Source: Macrostomum lignano
Lineage: Eukaryota
DNA length: 64,000 bases
Assembly: GCA_002269645.1 (NCBI GenBank)
Contig: NIVC01000070.1
Span: 558,001 to 622,000, forward strand
Reading direction: 5' to 3'
Below are positions 23,537 through 37,169 of the stretch, piece by piece (the first letter of the stretch is position 1; every line of letters starts with the position of its first letter). The notes below the pieces were generated by a model. The model saw only the letters and a list, made by a program, of their open reading frames with translations, was not told the DNA's origin and made no database searches. A program made the position numbers and the translations under genes.

Positions 23537-26500
23537 CATAGGCGTAGGAACGTTTCAAAAAGTGTGGGGCCAGGTTCAGTGGCGGATTTAGGCGCCGCAG
23601 GCACTCACTTTAGCGCCGCAGGCACTCATTTTAGCGCCGCATGACTCATTTTAGCGCCGCAGGCACTCATTTTAGCGCCGCAGGCACTCATTTTAGCGCC
23701 GCAAGCACTCATTTTAGCGCCGCAGGCACGCATTTTAGCGCCGCAGGCACTCATTTTAGCGCCGCAGGCACCATTTCAGCGCCTCAGGCACTCATTTTGG
23801 CTTCGCAGGCACTCATTTTGGCGCCGCAGGCACTCATTTTAGCGCCTCAGGCACTCATTTTGGCTTCGCAGGCACTCATTTTGGCGCCGCATGACTCATT
23901 TTAGCGCCGCAGGCACTCATTTTGGCTTTGCAGGCACTCATTTTAGCGCCGCAGGCACCATTTCAGCGCCTCAGGCACTCATTTTGGCTTCGCAGGCTCT
24001 CATTTTGGCTTCGCAGGCACTCATTTTGGCGCCGCAGGCACTCATTTTGGCTTTGCAGGCACTCATTTTAGCGCCGCAGGCACCATTTCAGCGCCTCAGG
24101 CACTCATTTTGGCGCTGTAGGCACTCATTTTGGCGCTGTAGGCACTCATTTTAGCGCCGCAAGCACTCATTTTAGCGCCGCAGGCACTCATTTTGGCGCT
24201 GTAGGCACTCATTTTGGCGCTGTAGGCACTCATTTTAGCGCCGCAAGCACTCATTTTAGCGCCGCAGGCACTCATTTTGGCGCCGCAAGCACTCATTTTA
24301 GCGCCGCAGGCACTCATTTTAGCGACGCAGGCACTCATTTTGGCGCTGTAGGCACTCATTTTGGCGCTGTAGGCACTCATTTTAGCGCCGCAAGCACTCA
24401 TTTTAGCGCCGCAGGCACTCATTTTGGCGCCGCAAGCACTCATTTTGGTGCCGCAGGCACTCATTTTAGCGCCGCAGGCACTCATTTTAGCGCCGCAGGC
24501 ACTCATTTTAGCGCCGCAGGCACTCATTTTAGCGCCGCAGGCACCATTTCAGCGCCTCAGGCACTCATTTTGGCTTCGCAGGCACTCATTTTGGCGCCGC
24601 AGGCACTCATTTTAGCGCCTCAGGCACTCATTTTGGCTTCGCAGGCACTCATTTTGGCGCCGCAGGCATTAATTTTGGCTTCGCAGGCTCTCATTTTGGC
24701 TTCGCAGGCACTCATTTTGGCGCCTCAGGCACTCATTTTGGCTTTGCAGGCACTCATTTTAGCGCCGCAGGCACCATTTCAGCGCCTCAGGCACTCATTT
24801 TGGCGCCGCAAGCACTCATTTTAGCGCCGCAGGCACTCATTTTAGCGCCGCAGGCACTCATTTGAGCGCCGCAGGCACGCATTTTAGCGCCGCAGGCACT
24901 CATTTTAGCGCCGCAGGCACTCATTTTGGCTTTGCAGGCACTCATTTTAGCGCCGCAGGCACCATTTCAGCGCCTCAGGCACTCATTTTGGCTTCGCAGG
25001 CTCTCATTTTGGCTTCGCAGGCACTCATTTTGGCGCCGCAGGCACTCATTTTGGCTTTGCAGGCACTCATTTTAGCGCCGCAGGCACCATTTCAGCGCCT
25101 CAGGCACTCATTTTGGCGCTGTAGGCACTCATTTTGGCGCTGTAGGCACTCATTTTAGCGCCGCAAGCACTCATTTTAGCGCCGCAGGCACTCATTTTGG
25201 CGCTGTAGGCACTCATTTTGGCGCTGTAGGCACTCATTTTAGCGCCGCAAGCACTCATTTTAGCGCCGCAGGCACTCATTTTGGCGCCGCAAGCACTCAT
25301 TTTAGCGCCGCAGGCACTCATTTTAGCGACGCAGGCACTCATTTTAGCGACGCAGGCACTCATTTTGGCGCTGTAGGCACTCATTTTGGCGCTGTAGGCA
25401 CTCATTTTAGCGCCGCAAGCACTCATTTTAGCGCCGCAGGCACTCATTTTGGCGCCGCAGGCACTCATTTTAGCGCCGCAGGCACTCATTTTAGCGCCGC
25501 AGGCACGCATTTTAGCGCCGCAGGCACTCATTTTGGCGCCGCAGGCACTCATTTTAGCGCCGCAGGCACTCATTTTAGCGCCGCAGGCACTCATTTTGGC
25601 GCCGCAGGCACGCATTTTGGCTTCGCAGGCTCTCATTTTGGCTTCGCAGGCACTCATTTTGGCGCCTCAGGCACTCATTTTGGCTTTGCAGGCACTCATT
25701 TTAGCGCCGCAGGCACCATTTCAGCGCCTCAGGCACTCATTTTGGCGCCGCAAGCACTCATTTTAGCGCCGCAGGCACTCATTTTAGCGCCGCAGGCACT
25801 CATTTGAGCGCCGCAGGCACGCATTTTAGCGCCGCAGGCACTCATTTTAGCGCCGCAGGCACTCATTTTGGCTTTGCAGGCACTCATTTTAGCGCCGCAG
25901 GCACCATTTCAGCGCCTCAGGCACTCATTTTGGCTTCGCAGGCTCTCATTTTGGCTTCGCAGGCACTCATTTTGGCGCCGCAGGCACTCATTTTGGCTTT
26001 GCAGGCACTCATTTTAGCGCCGCAGGCACCATTTCAGCGCCTCAGGCACTCATTTTGGCGCTGTAGGCACTCATTTTGGCGCTGTAGGCACTCATTTTAG
26101 CGCCGCAAGCACTCATTTTAGCGCCGCAGGCACTCATTTTGGCGCTGTAGGCACTCATTTTAGCGCCGCAAGCACTCATTTTAGCGCCGCAGGCACTCAT
26201 TTTAGCGCCGCAGGCACTCATTTTAGCGCCGCAGGCACTCATTTTAGCGCCGCAGGCACGCATTTTAGCGCCGCAGGCACTCATTTTGGCGCCGCAGGCA
26301 CTCATTTTAGCGCCGCAGGCACTCATTTTAGCGCCGCAGGCACTCATTTTAGCGCCGCAGGCACGCATTTTGGCTTTGCAGGCACTCATTTTAGCGCCGC
26401 AGGCACCATTTCAGCGCCTCAGGCACTCATTTTGGCGCCGCAAGCACTCATTTTAGCGCCGCAGGCACTCATTTTAGCGCCGCAGGCACGCATTTTAGCG

Positions 26501-26708
26501 CCGCAGGCACTCATTTTAGCGCCGCAGGCGCTATGTTTTGTCACCCTGCAGCAAAATGCATTCATGCAAAGCAGCAAAAACCAAAAATAAGCAAGAAGTC
26601 TGCATTTTACATTTAAAATGTGGAGGGACCAGATACCAATACTGGCCCCCCCCCATTTTAAAAAGTGGGGGCCCTGCCCCCTCCCCCCCACCCGTTCCTA
26701 CGCCTATG
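23537..26708. mobile_element. Non-autonomous hAT-type DNA transposon (3172 bp) filled by a minisatellite
   Basis: Perfect 16-bp TIRs CATAGGCGTAGGAACG (23537-23552) and CGTTCCTACGCCTATG (26693-26708); 8-bp TSD AAGTCAGA (23529-23536 and 26709-26716); subterminal AAAAAGTG(T)GGGGCC motifs at both ends; no transposase. Confidence 0.88.
23586..26528. repeat. 21-bp minisatellite inside the hAT element (about 140 copies)
   Basis: Unit GCAGGCACTCATTTTAGCGCC with recurrent variants; identical ORF translations at 24862 and 25804 show a 942-bp block duplication. Confidence 0.97.
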
Positions 26709-27519
26709 AAGTCAGAGCTGATGCAGACACATGTGATCGACGTGCTGATGAAATTTGGAGACCTGGCCAGGCTGCACTGAGGCGCAGTGCTAATTGGCGC
26801 ACAGGGGTGTACTGAATGCACTGGCGCTTATGGGAAAAACTCGACCTTCTGGCAGAATTGTCGAATATCTCGACGGTCTGGAGGGCTGGCGACTTGATTC
26901 TTGTTTGAGAGGGTGCGGAACAAAAAGTTAGACCATGTTATTGAATGTCGTGTGTCGCATGCGTTGGTCCGTTCTGGCGCAGCAAAAAATCTTTGTAAGA
27001 CTTATTGTTTTCGTAAACTTTTCGCTCAATTAAAACGAATTGAAGATATAATTATCTCTAGATAGATTGTAGTTCTCTACAAAATAATAATGCGACATTT
27101 CGGTTGAATCAGATCAGGATAAATACGAGTAATGTTAGTTGCGAAGTTCTGATATACGACCCAATTTCAAGACGCACGCTAATCAGAAAAAAATTCTTTG
27201 CCAGGCGTCCTTTTTGCACTTTTTTTTCCAGTCCATGAGGATCTACGTATTAATAGAATTAGGCAAGCTAAAAAAGACACGAGACACGTGTTTTTTGCGA
27301 TAGTTACAAACAAGGACTACCGAGTTCGGATCTGTTAAAAAGGGTGTGCATTGCATGCCCTCTACTTGTTTGGCTGGAATTAGAAAATTTACCAGGCATT
27401 GACAGTGTTACAGTAGAACACGCTAGCTCGGAACAGATTGGAGGCAAGAGTGCACGTGTCACCGAGAGACGAGAAAGTAAAGAAGCGCAAAAATTCTCTG
27501 AGCACAAGTGAACACCAGT

Positions 27520-28020
27520 AAGTCTTCTGAGGACAGGCAGACACCAACAAACCCTCTGAGGACAGGCAGACACGAACAAACCCTCTCGTCCCTCTGAGGA
27601 CAGGCAGACACCAGAAAACCCTCTGAGGACAGGCAGACACAAACGAACCCTCTGAGGACAGGGTGACAGACAGGCAGACACCAACAAACCCTCTGAGGAC
27701 AGGGTGACAGACAGGCAGACACCAACAAACCCTCTGAGGACAGGGTGACAGACAGGCAGACACCAACAAACCCTCTGAGGACAGGGTGACAGACAGGCAG
27801 ACACCAACAAACCCTCTGAGGACAGGGTGACAGACAGGCAGACACCAACAAACCCTCTGAGGACAGGGTGACAGACAGGCAGACACCAACAAACCCTCTG
27901 AGGACAGGCAGACACCAACAAACCCTCTAAGGACAGGCAGACACCAACAAACCCTCTAAGGACAGGCAGACACCAACAAACCCTCTGAGGACGGGTGGAC
28001 ACCAACAAACCCTCTGAGTT
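27520..28020. repeat. 29/41-bp minisatellite
   Basis: GGACAGGCAGACACCAACAAACCCTCTGA and a 41-bp variant with an extra GGGTGACAGACA. Confidence 0.92.
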
Positions 28021-28619
28021 CAGGCAGAAGCACAAATAAAAATAAAAAGCAAATCAATCAATGAACAGTTAAAAGTTTGTTTTATTCAAAATTTGCTTGC
28101 AAGCCAGCGGGTTTTCAAGCGAGGGTTTTGCTAGAATGCAAAATGGCATTCTGTTGGCAATATGCAAACAGAATATTGTATTAACATTGTAATCGATGTG
28201 CGATGTTTGACGATAAAATGTACCTATTTAATTATCAAAATGGCTGCGTTATTTCAAAGAAACAAATATGCTATGTAGTTTTAATAATTTGCACATCAGA
28301 TGGCGCTCGGTTAAACAAAGGAATGTATTGGGCATGAAAGTACAATTAAAAAAATTATAACACTTGACAATGGGCTGTTGTATACAAGTATGACATATTG
28401 CGACGAATGCAGCAAGGACAAATCAATGAGAAATATTTATAATTTAGGAAATAATAACATTTTTATAACTCTCTTAGTTTAGAAATTTTATTGGTACAAA
28501 AAATACAAATAAAAATTTGACAACGCATTTTGCGTGTAAAACTTTTGGCGCCAATTATAACTTCAAAAAAAATACGGTCGCGACAAACTGAACTCGCTTT
28601 AGGGGCCGAAGTGACACCT

Positions 28620-29420
28620 TTGACGCCTTCTGAAGCTAGATTTTAGCACCTCCTGAAGCTTCAGTTTAGCGCCTCCTGAAGCTACAGTTTAGCGCCTCCT
28701 GAAGCTACAGTTTGGCGCCTCCTGAAGCTACAGTTTAGCGCCTCCTGAAGCTACAGTTTAGCGCCTCCTGAAGCTACAGTTTGGCGCCTCCTGAAGCTAC
28801 AGTTTAGCGCCTTCTGAAGCTACAGCTTAGCGCCTCCTGAAGCTACAGTTTGGCGCCTCCTGAAGCTACAGTTTAGCGCCTCCTGAAGCTACAGTTTGGC
28901 GCCTCCTGAAGCTACAGCTTAGCGCCTCCTGAAGCTACAGTTTGGCGCCTCCTGAAGCTACAGTTTAGCGCCTCCTGAAGCTACAGTTTGGCGCCTCCTG
29001 AAGCTACAGCTTAGCGCCTCCTGAAGCTACAGTTTAGCGCCTCCTGAAGCTACAGTTTGGCGCCTCCTGAAGCTACAGTTTAGCGCCTACTGAAGCTACA
29101 GTTTGGCGCCTCCTGAAGCTACAGTTTGACGCCTCCTGAAGCTACAGTTTAGCGCCTACTGAAGCTACAGTTTGGCGCCTCCTGAAGCTACAGCTTAGCG
29201 CCTCCTGAAGCTACAGTTTGGCGCCTCCTGAAGCTACAGCTTAGCGCCTCCTGAAGCTACAGTTTAGCGCCTCCTGAAGCTACAGTTTGGCGCTTCCTGA
29301 AGCTACAGTTTTGCGCCTTCTGAAGCCCTAATTCGGCGCCTGCTGAAGCTACAGTTTGGCGCCTCCTGAAGCTACAGTTTGGCGCCTCCTGAAGCTACAG
29401 TTTCGCGCCTGCTGAAGCCT
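28620..29420. repeat. 23-bp minisatellite (about 35 copies)
   Basis: Unit GCGCCTCCTGAAGCTACAGTTT(A/G). Confidence 0.95.
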
Positions 29421-29526
29421 TAGTTCAATCTTTGCAAAAAAAGATAATTTCGGCATCCAACGAAGCTCATTCTGTTGACCTGACTAGGTGCAAAAATTGC
29501 TATTAAATAAAGAAGTCTAAGAAACT

Positions 29527-29847
29527 TCAGTTTTTACCGAAACGCTCAGCGTCGCACTGCAGCGCCAAACGTTTGGCAGCCAGAAATCTTTGCTGACTCA
29601 TTTCGTCGAACGGCGCTTGCCGGTTTGGCAGCCTGGGGACCCACCTGGTCTGCTGGGTGAGCTGGGCGATCAGGGCGGCCGAGCTGTCCGAGCCGGAAGT
29701 GGAGGACGGTTTGGCCGGAAGCGGCTGCAGCGATGATGGCGGACTCACCGCCGATGTCTCCAAAGCTCCGCTGCTGGTGTCCTCGATTCCGGAGTCCTCG
29801 CACGCCTGCTGGCGGCGGTGCCGATCTCGTACGACTGGCTGGGACGC
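29527..29847 (-). CDS. Putative terminal exon of an unidentified gene
   Basis: Acceptor cttcag|GCG at 29848/29847; open frame ASQPVVRDRHRRQQACEDSGIEDT...RFLAAKRLALQCDAERFGKN*; GC-rich like the other exons; phase 0 matches the upstream donor. No recognisable domain. Confidence 0.5.
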   Translation of the reverse strand, partial: ASQPVVRDRHRRQQACEDSGIEDTSSGALETSAVSPPSSLQPLPAKPSSTSGSDSSAALIAQLTQQTRWVPRLPNRQAPFDEMSQQRFLAAKRLALQCDAERFGKN

Positions 29848-30214
29848 CTGAAGCTGCGGGATTTTTTTGGCAGATTTGATGGTCGGTTTAAGATGTCTAA
29901 TCTCTAGTTCTAATCTCTTTTGAAGATCTCTCTGATCTCACTATTTACAATCTTTGCTTGATCACAAATATTCTTACATAATCCCAGCTAATCTCACCTA
30001 AATTATATCTAATCTTACAAAAAATTCCATCTAAACTCACCAAACTCGCATCTAATCTAACAAAATACCATTTAATATCACGCAGTCCCGTCTAATCTCA
30101 GCTAAATCTCATCTAATCTCACAAAAGTTACATCTGATCAAATAGCACCCCATCCAAACTCATAGATCTTCATCTAATCTCAAAAAATCAAATCTCATCT
30201 TATCTAGTGCTATT

Positions 30215-30470
30215 TAATCTCACCCAATGCCATCCAATCTCACCCAATGCCATCTAATCGCACCCAATGCCATCCAATCTCACCCCATGCCATCAAATCT
30301 CACCCAATGCCATCCAATCTCACCCAATGCCATCCAATCTCACCCAATGCCATCCAATCTCACCCCATGCCATCAAATCTCACCCAATGCCATCCAATCT
30401 CACCCAATGCCATCCAATCTCACCCAATGCCATCCAATCTCACCCAATGCCATCCAATCTCAACAAATAC
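30215..30470. repeat. 20-bp intronic minisatellite
   Basis: Unit AATCTCACCCAATGCCATCC, preceded by degenerate ATCT-rich copies from about 29890. Confidence 0.92.
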
Positions 30471-30537
30471 TATCCAATCTCACATACTGCCATTTTGACC
30501 CATCTCCCGCTGAGGTCAATCAGAATAGCCGCCTCAC

Positions 30538-30972
30538 CTGATCATAGCAACCGGAGTCCTCCTTCGCTTCGGCGCGGTTTCCCCGCCGGAAGCCGACCGG
30601 AACCAGAACCGGCTGCGGCAGCGGCGAAGTGTCGGTCGTCTTCAGCCGGCGGTGCCGCTGCTCCGCCGCCACAGGCAGCAGCCCACGGCACTTGGGGCAT
30701 CGTTCCCGCCGTCTTCGGCATCTGGTTGAAGACGAACCTTTATTGTCGTCGCTGCCTTTGCTGCTACCACTGCTGGGTTGCTGACTGGGGTCGGGTAGAT
30801 GCGGGCCATGAGTTTCCTCAGAGTCAGCTGAGCCATTGTTGCCGCGCAGTGACAAGCAGGCGCTGAACAGCTTTCGATAGCTCATGCTTGCTTTGTTAGT
30901 CTCGGTTGGTCTTGTGTCAGCGACAGGCAGGGAAGCAGGGAGTTGCTGGTGGGTGGTGGCCTCTGCTGTGCT
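30538..30972 (-). CDS. Putative internal exon of the same unidentified gene
   Basis: Open frame STAEATTHQQ...MSYRKLFSACLSLRG...EAKEDSGCYDQ, then a strong donor CAG|gtgagg at 30538/30537; NAGNAG acceptor (ttagcag) at 30973-30977. Confidence 0.5.
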
Positions 30973-31249
30973 CTGCTAATATAGACGAGAAGAGGCCAGT
31001 AGCTTTGATCAACTTTCAGCCAATGAGCGCCCGACCAGCCTGCCATATGCATGTGTTATTTCAGTAAGGATTGCCTTTTGAATATCAAACAGTTGCCACG
31101 TGGCCTGCGAGCTGCCTGTATGCATGCAGGCTTGACTTTCAAATGCTCCGAGCAGACTGGAGAAGGGGAGAGAGGAGAAACAGGAGAGGTGGACAGACAG
31201 ATAGACAGACAGGCAAATAATAGCACTGAAACAGACATCAAATAGACAA

Positions 31250-33025
<1,776 letters not shown>

Positions 33026-33587
33026 AGTCCCAGAGCCAGCAGCATATCCAAATGCAAATGTCGGCATAGACAGCATATTTGAAGCAATTTATTAAACGGT
33101 GCAGCAGTGAAACAGCATTTAGCAAGCATGACTGGCACGCAGGGCTCGTGGCATTTCGCTGGTCGGTACCGCAGCCTACAGTCTAGCGGAGACGAAGCGA
33201 CTGGCTTTAAGAGCATTTTTAGTGACAAAGATCGCGTCCAGATGATAAGCTTCTGACTGTCGAGCCATTTCAATATTTACCACAATATTATCTGCTAGCT
33301 AAAGTTAAGTCTGCACCCTACACTGTAGAATAAGCATAAGTAAAAAAGCAAAATTATTATCAAGCTGGTACCAATTTGTATCAGAAGGCTGACCTAGCAA
33401 GTGGTGGTGCGGCCAACTTAAACCTGCCACTTCGGATGTGAAATATAGACTAGTAACAAATGAAGCAATCCTAGCCTGTAGTGACGTGTAGTCTGTGGAC
33501 TATAGTTTGTAGTCTGTAGACTGTAGTCTGTAGTTTTTAGTCTGTAAATTTTATACTATAGTCTGTAATATATAAACTGTAAATTAT

Positions 33588-33865
33588 AGTCTGTAAACTG
33601 TAGACTGTTATCTGTAAACCATAGACTACAGTCTGTAAACTGTAGACTGTTATCTGTAAACCATAGACTACAGTCTGTAAACTGTAGACTGTTATCTGTA
33701 AACCATAGACTACAGTCTGTAAACTGTAGACTGTTATCTGTAAACCATAGACTACAGTCTGTAAACTGTAGACTGTTATCTGTAAACCATAGACTACAGT
33801 CTGTAAGCTGTAGACTGTTGTCTGTAAACCATAGACTACAGTCTGTAAGCTGTAGACTGTTGTCT
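33588..33865. repeat. 42-bp minisatellite
   Basis: Unit AGTCTGTAAACTGTAGACTGTTATCTGTAAACCATAGACTAC, preceded by degenerate 7-bp subunits. Confidence 0.9.
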
Positions 33866-34599
33866 GGATTTAAACGTGACTACTGAACGACTTTAACTGC
33901 CTAAGAAGCATTGATAGATATTTAGTAAAACTTTTGAAATATAGAGAAAACTTTAAAAAATTGTACAAGTACGCAACGACCGCAGAGAAACAGTTTCTGA
34001 ACATGCCCTTCCAAATATCCTTCACGGCCTCTTCTCTCCCCCAGCAGTGCAGTGTTTTGAGCAAATGTGCAAACAACTGATCGCCATGCAAAAGCGTGGA
34101 CAATCCACCAACCAACAGTCTGGCATAGAAACAATTTTATCAACTCTATCCATGCATATCCATAAAGCTTGAGCATTGGTGGGCCACTCGTGATAACCCC
34201 CATTCAGACCCTCTCTGCAGTGCTTATGCAGTCTGTAGTGTCTAGACAGACCAGACAGGCAGAGAGGGAGCGGAGGAGCGGATAGTCAGAACAGAATTGA
34301 GTCATATTTGGCAGCGAATTTTGCTGAGCAGTGCCTTGTATGCTGCTGAGTTGGTCCGCAGCAATATTTCACAGTGTCCAAGCTCAGAAAGATGGAGAGC
34401 TCAGGGGCTGGGGGGTCTCCTCGCAAAAACAGCATAGTTCTAACGGCCGCTGAAAAGTGCAATGTCTCAGTAAGAGAGACTCTTTTAACTAAGAGAAACT
34501 GGACTTTCTGCAAAAATATTTTCTTCCAAAATGCTGCTTTTGTTGACTTTAGTCTGCACTGGCGCTGTTAGTGCAGCATTTGCCATTGGCAGGCGTGCA

Positions 34600-34925
<326 letters not shown>

Positions 34926-35329
34926 GTCTCAAAGCTAGCATATTTGAACTCATTTGCACTCGTCAGCCCAGCTCCTCACGCTCCGCCAAACCAGGCTGTC
35001 CAAGGCCACTGACAATCGAGCGATTCAGGCTAAGAGTAAAATGCTTGTCATAAAAGTGCTGTGCCCTTGTTCAGTGCTGCAAACAACACTTCTTCAAAGA
35101 AGCTCGACTTCGGCATTTATAGAAATATTTGCATACTGCATTGTAGCAGTTTTATTGGCACAGCTCTGTAAAATTTGAAGCGTGTTGGTCTCTCTACCTT
35201 GACTTCTGCTTTTGTCTCGCCTAGCGAAAATCGTGAACTTGCAGAAATGACACATTTAGCTATCCTTGTAAATGTACTTTTTCATTTGAAAGCTTGAATG
35301 TAATATCTGATCTCTTCCCTCTCTAACAG

Positions 35330-35710
35330 CCACTCCCTACCCTCTCTAACACTCACTCTCTATTCTCTCTAACACCTATTCCCTATCCTCTGTAACACCC
35401 ACTCTTTACCCTCTCTAACACTCACTCTTTACCCTCTCTAACACTCACTCTCTACCCTTCCTAACACCCACTTTCTACCCTCTCTAACACTCACTCTCTA
35501 CCCTCTCTAACACCCACTCTCTACCCTCTCTAACACCCACTCTCTACCCTCTCTAACACCCACTCTCTACCCTATCTAACACCCACTCTCTACCCTCTCT
35601 CACACCCACTCTCTACCCTATCTAACACCCACTCTCTACCCTCTCTCACACCCACTCTCTACCCTATCTAACACCCACTCTCTACCCTCTCTAAGACCCA
35701 CTCTCCTCTC
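35330..35710. repeat. 23-bp minisatellite
   Basis: Unit CCCTCTCTAACACCCACTCTCTA. Confidence 0.92.
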
Positions 35711-36229
35711 TAACTTTAACATCCACTATCTACAGCCTCAACATTTCTGCTAAGCTTCGCACTAAGCCTCGCTTTGCTGCAGCTATTTATTCGGGCAAAT
35801 TGCAGTTCGCATCAGACGCGGCATCGCAGCTGCGCGCAGTGAAAAAAATTTGTTTTGGTGCAAGCGAACCAATTTAGTCTCAATTTCAGGCTCTGCAGAC
35901 GTCCAGCGTTCATAATCGCCCCTTCATGCGCGCACAAAGCTGACGCCAGCAGATCCCATATCTGCCCACTGCCTCTCTCTCCGGGCCAGACGAAAAAATA
36001 AGATAAGCAGTGCTAATGCACTTTTATTGCTTGTTTAAGCCGGCTGGAGACAGCTAAACAGACTGTCTGAAGTTTGAAATCGTCTGCAACAGACAGTTTG
36101 CCTTGCTTCTACTGCTGACAGAAACTCAAGCAACAATTTGCTAGTGTGGCTGTGCTGGGTGGTCCTGAATTATGGGAATGCTGGCTCATGTATCTGTTCC
36201 AGCTCTTGACGACCCCTTGCGAAAGAGAG

Positions 36230-36760
36230 AATTCTCCCCTCTCTCCTCCGCCCTCCTCCCCTCTCTCTCTCTCCTCCGCTCTCTCCTCCGCTCTCTCCAC
36301 CACACTCTCTTCTCTCTCCTCCGCTCTCTCCTCTGCTTTCTCCTCCGCTCTCTCCACCACACTCTCCCCTGTCTCCTCCGCCCTCCTCTCCTCTCTCTCT
36401 CCTCCGCTCTCTCCTCCGCTCTCTCCTCCGCTCTCTCCTCCGCTCTCTCCTCCGTTCTCTCCTCCGCTATCTCCTCCGCTATCTCCTCCGATATCTCCTC
36501 CGCTATCTCCTCCGCTCTCTCCTCCGCTCTCTCCTCCGCTATCTCCTCCGCTCTCTCCTCCACTATTTCCTCCGCTCCCTCCTCCGCTATCTCCTCCGCT
36601 ATCTCCTCCGCTCTCTCCTCCGCTCTCTCCTCCGCTATCTCCTCCGCTCTCTCCTCCGCTCTCTCCTCTGCTATCTCCTCCGCTCTCTCCTCCGCTATCT
36701 CCTCCGCTCTCTCCTCCGCTATCTCCTCCGCTATCTCCTCCGCTTTCTTCACCGCTCTCT
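36230..36760. repeat. 12-bp pyrimidine-rich minisatellite
   Basis: Unit CT(C/A)TCTCCTCCG; gives the PPLS, SSAL and EERA pseudo-ORFs. Confidence 0.93.
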
Positions 36761-37169
36761 CTCTCGTTTCTCGCTTCTCCCTTAATCGCCTCTTTCTCCC
36801 TCTCTTCCTACAACTCTTTATTTTGAAAGGCTCGTGGTCGTGTTTTATTTTGGCTTAAAAAGCCATCTCGCTTTGAAGCGGACATCTTGTGGGAGCCGCC
36901 ATTGACTGCCAGCTAAGTGCAAAGAGATTTCGATCAAGCCTCCCTCGACACGAGGCGCAGACTCGCCAGAAAAGGTATCGTCTGATAGCTTATCGAGTTA
37001 CCCCATCCGCTGGATTATCAAAATAATTTTCTGTCTGGTTGCTACAAGAAAATTGCCCTGGAAAAAATTGTTTAGGCTGACGAGGATTTAAGAGGATTAG
37101 CATTGGGCGTTGCCTTCATCAATTTTTCGTCCGATGAGCTTTTTAGGCAAATCTCTGTGTACGGAAATT

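Noticed and set aside
23577-23592. CAGTGGCGGATTTAGG as the TIR of a second nested MITE
   Set aside because: No reverse-complement partner was found at the other end of the array.
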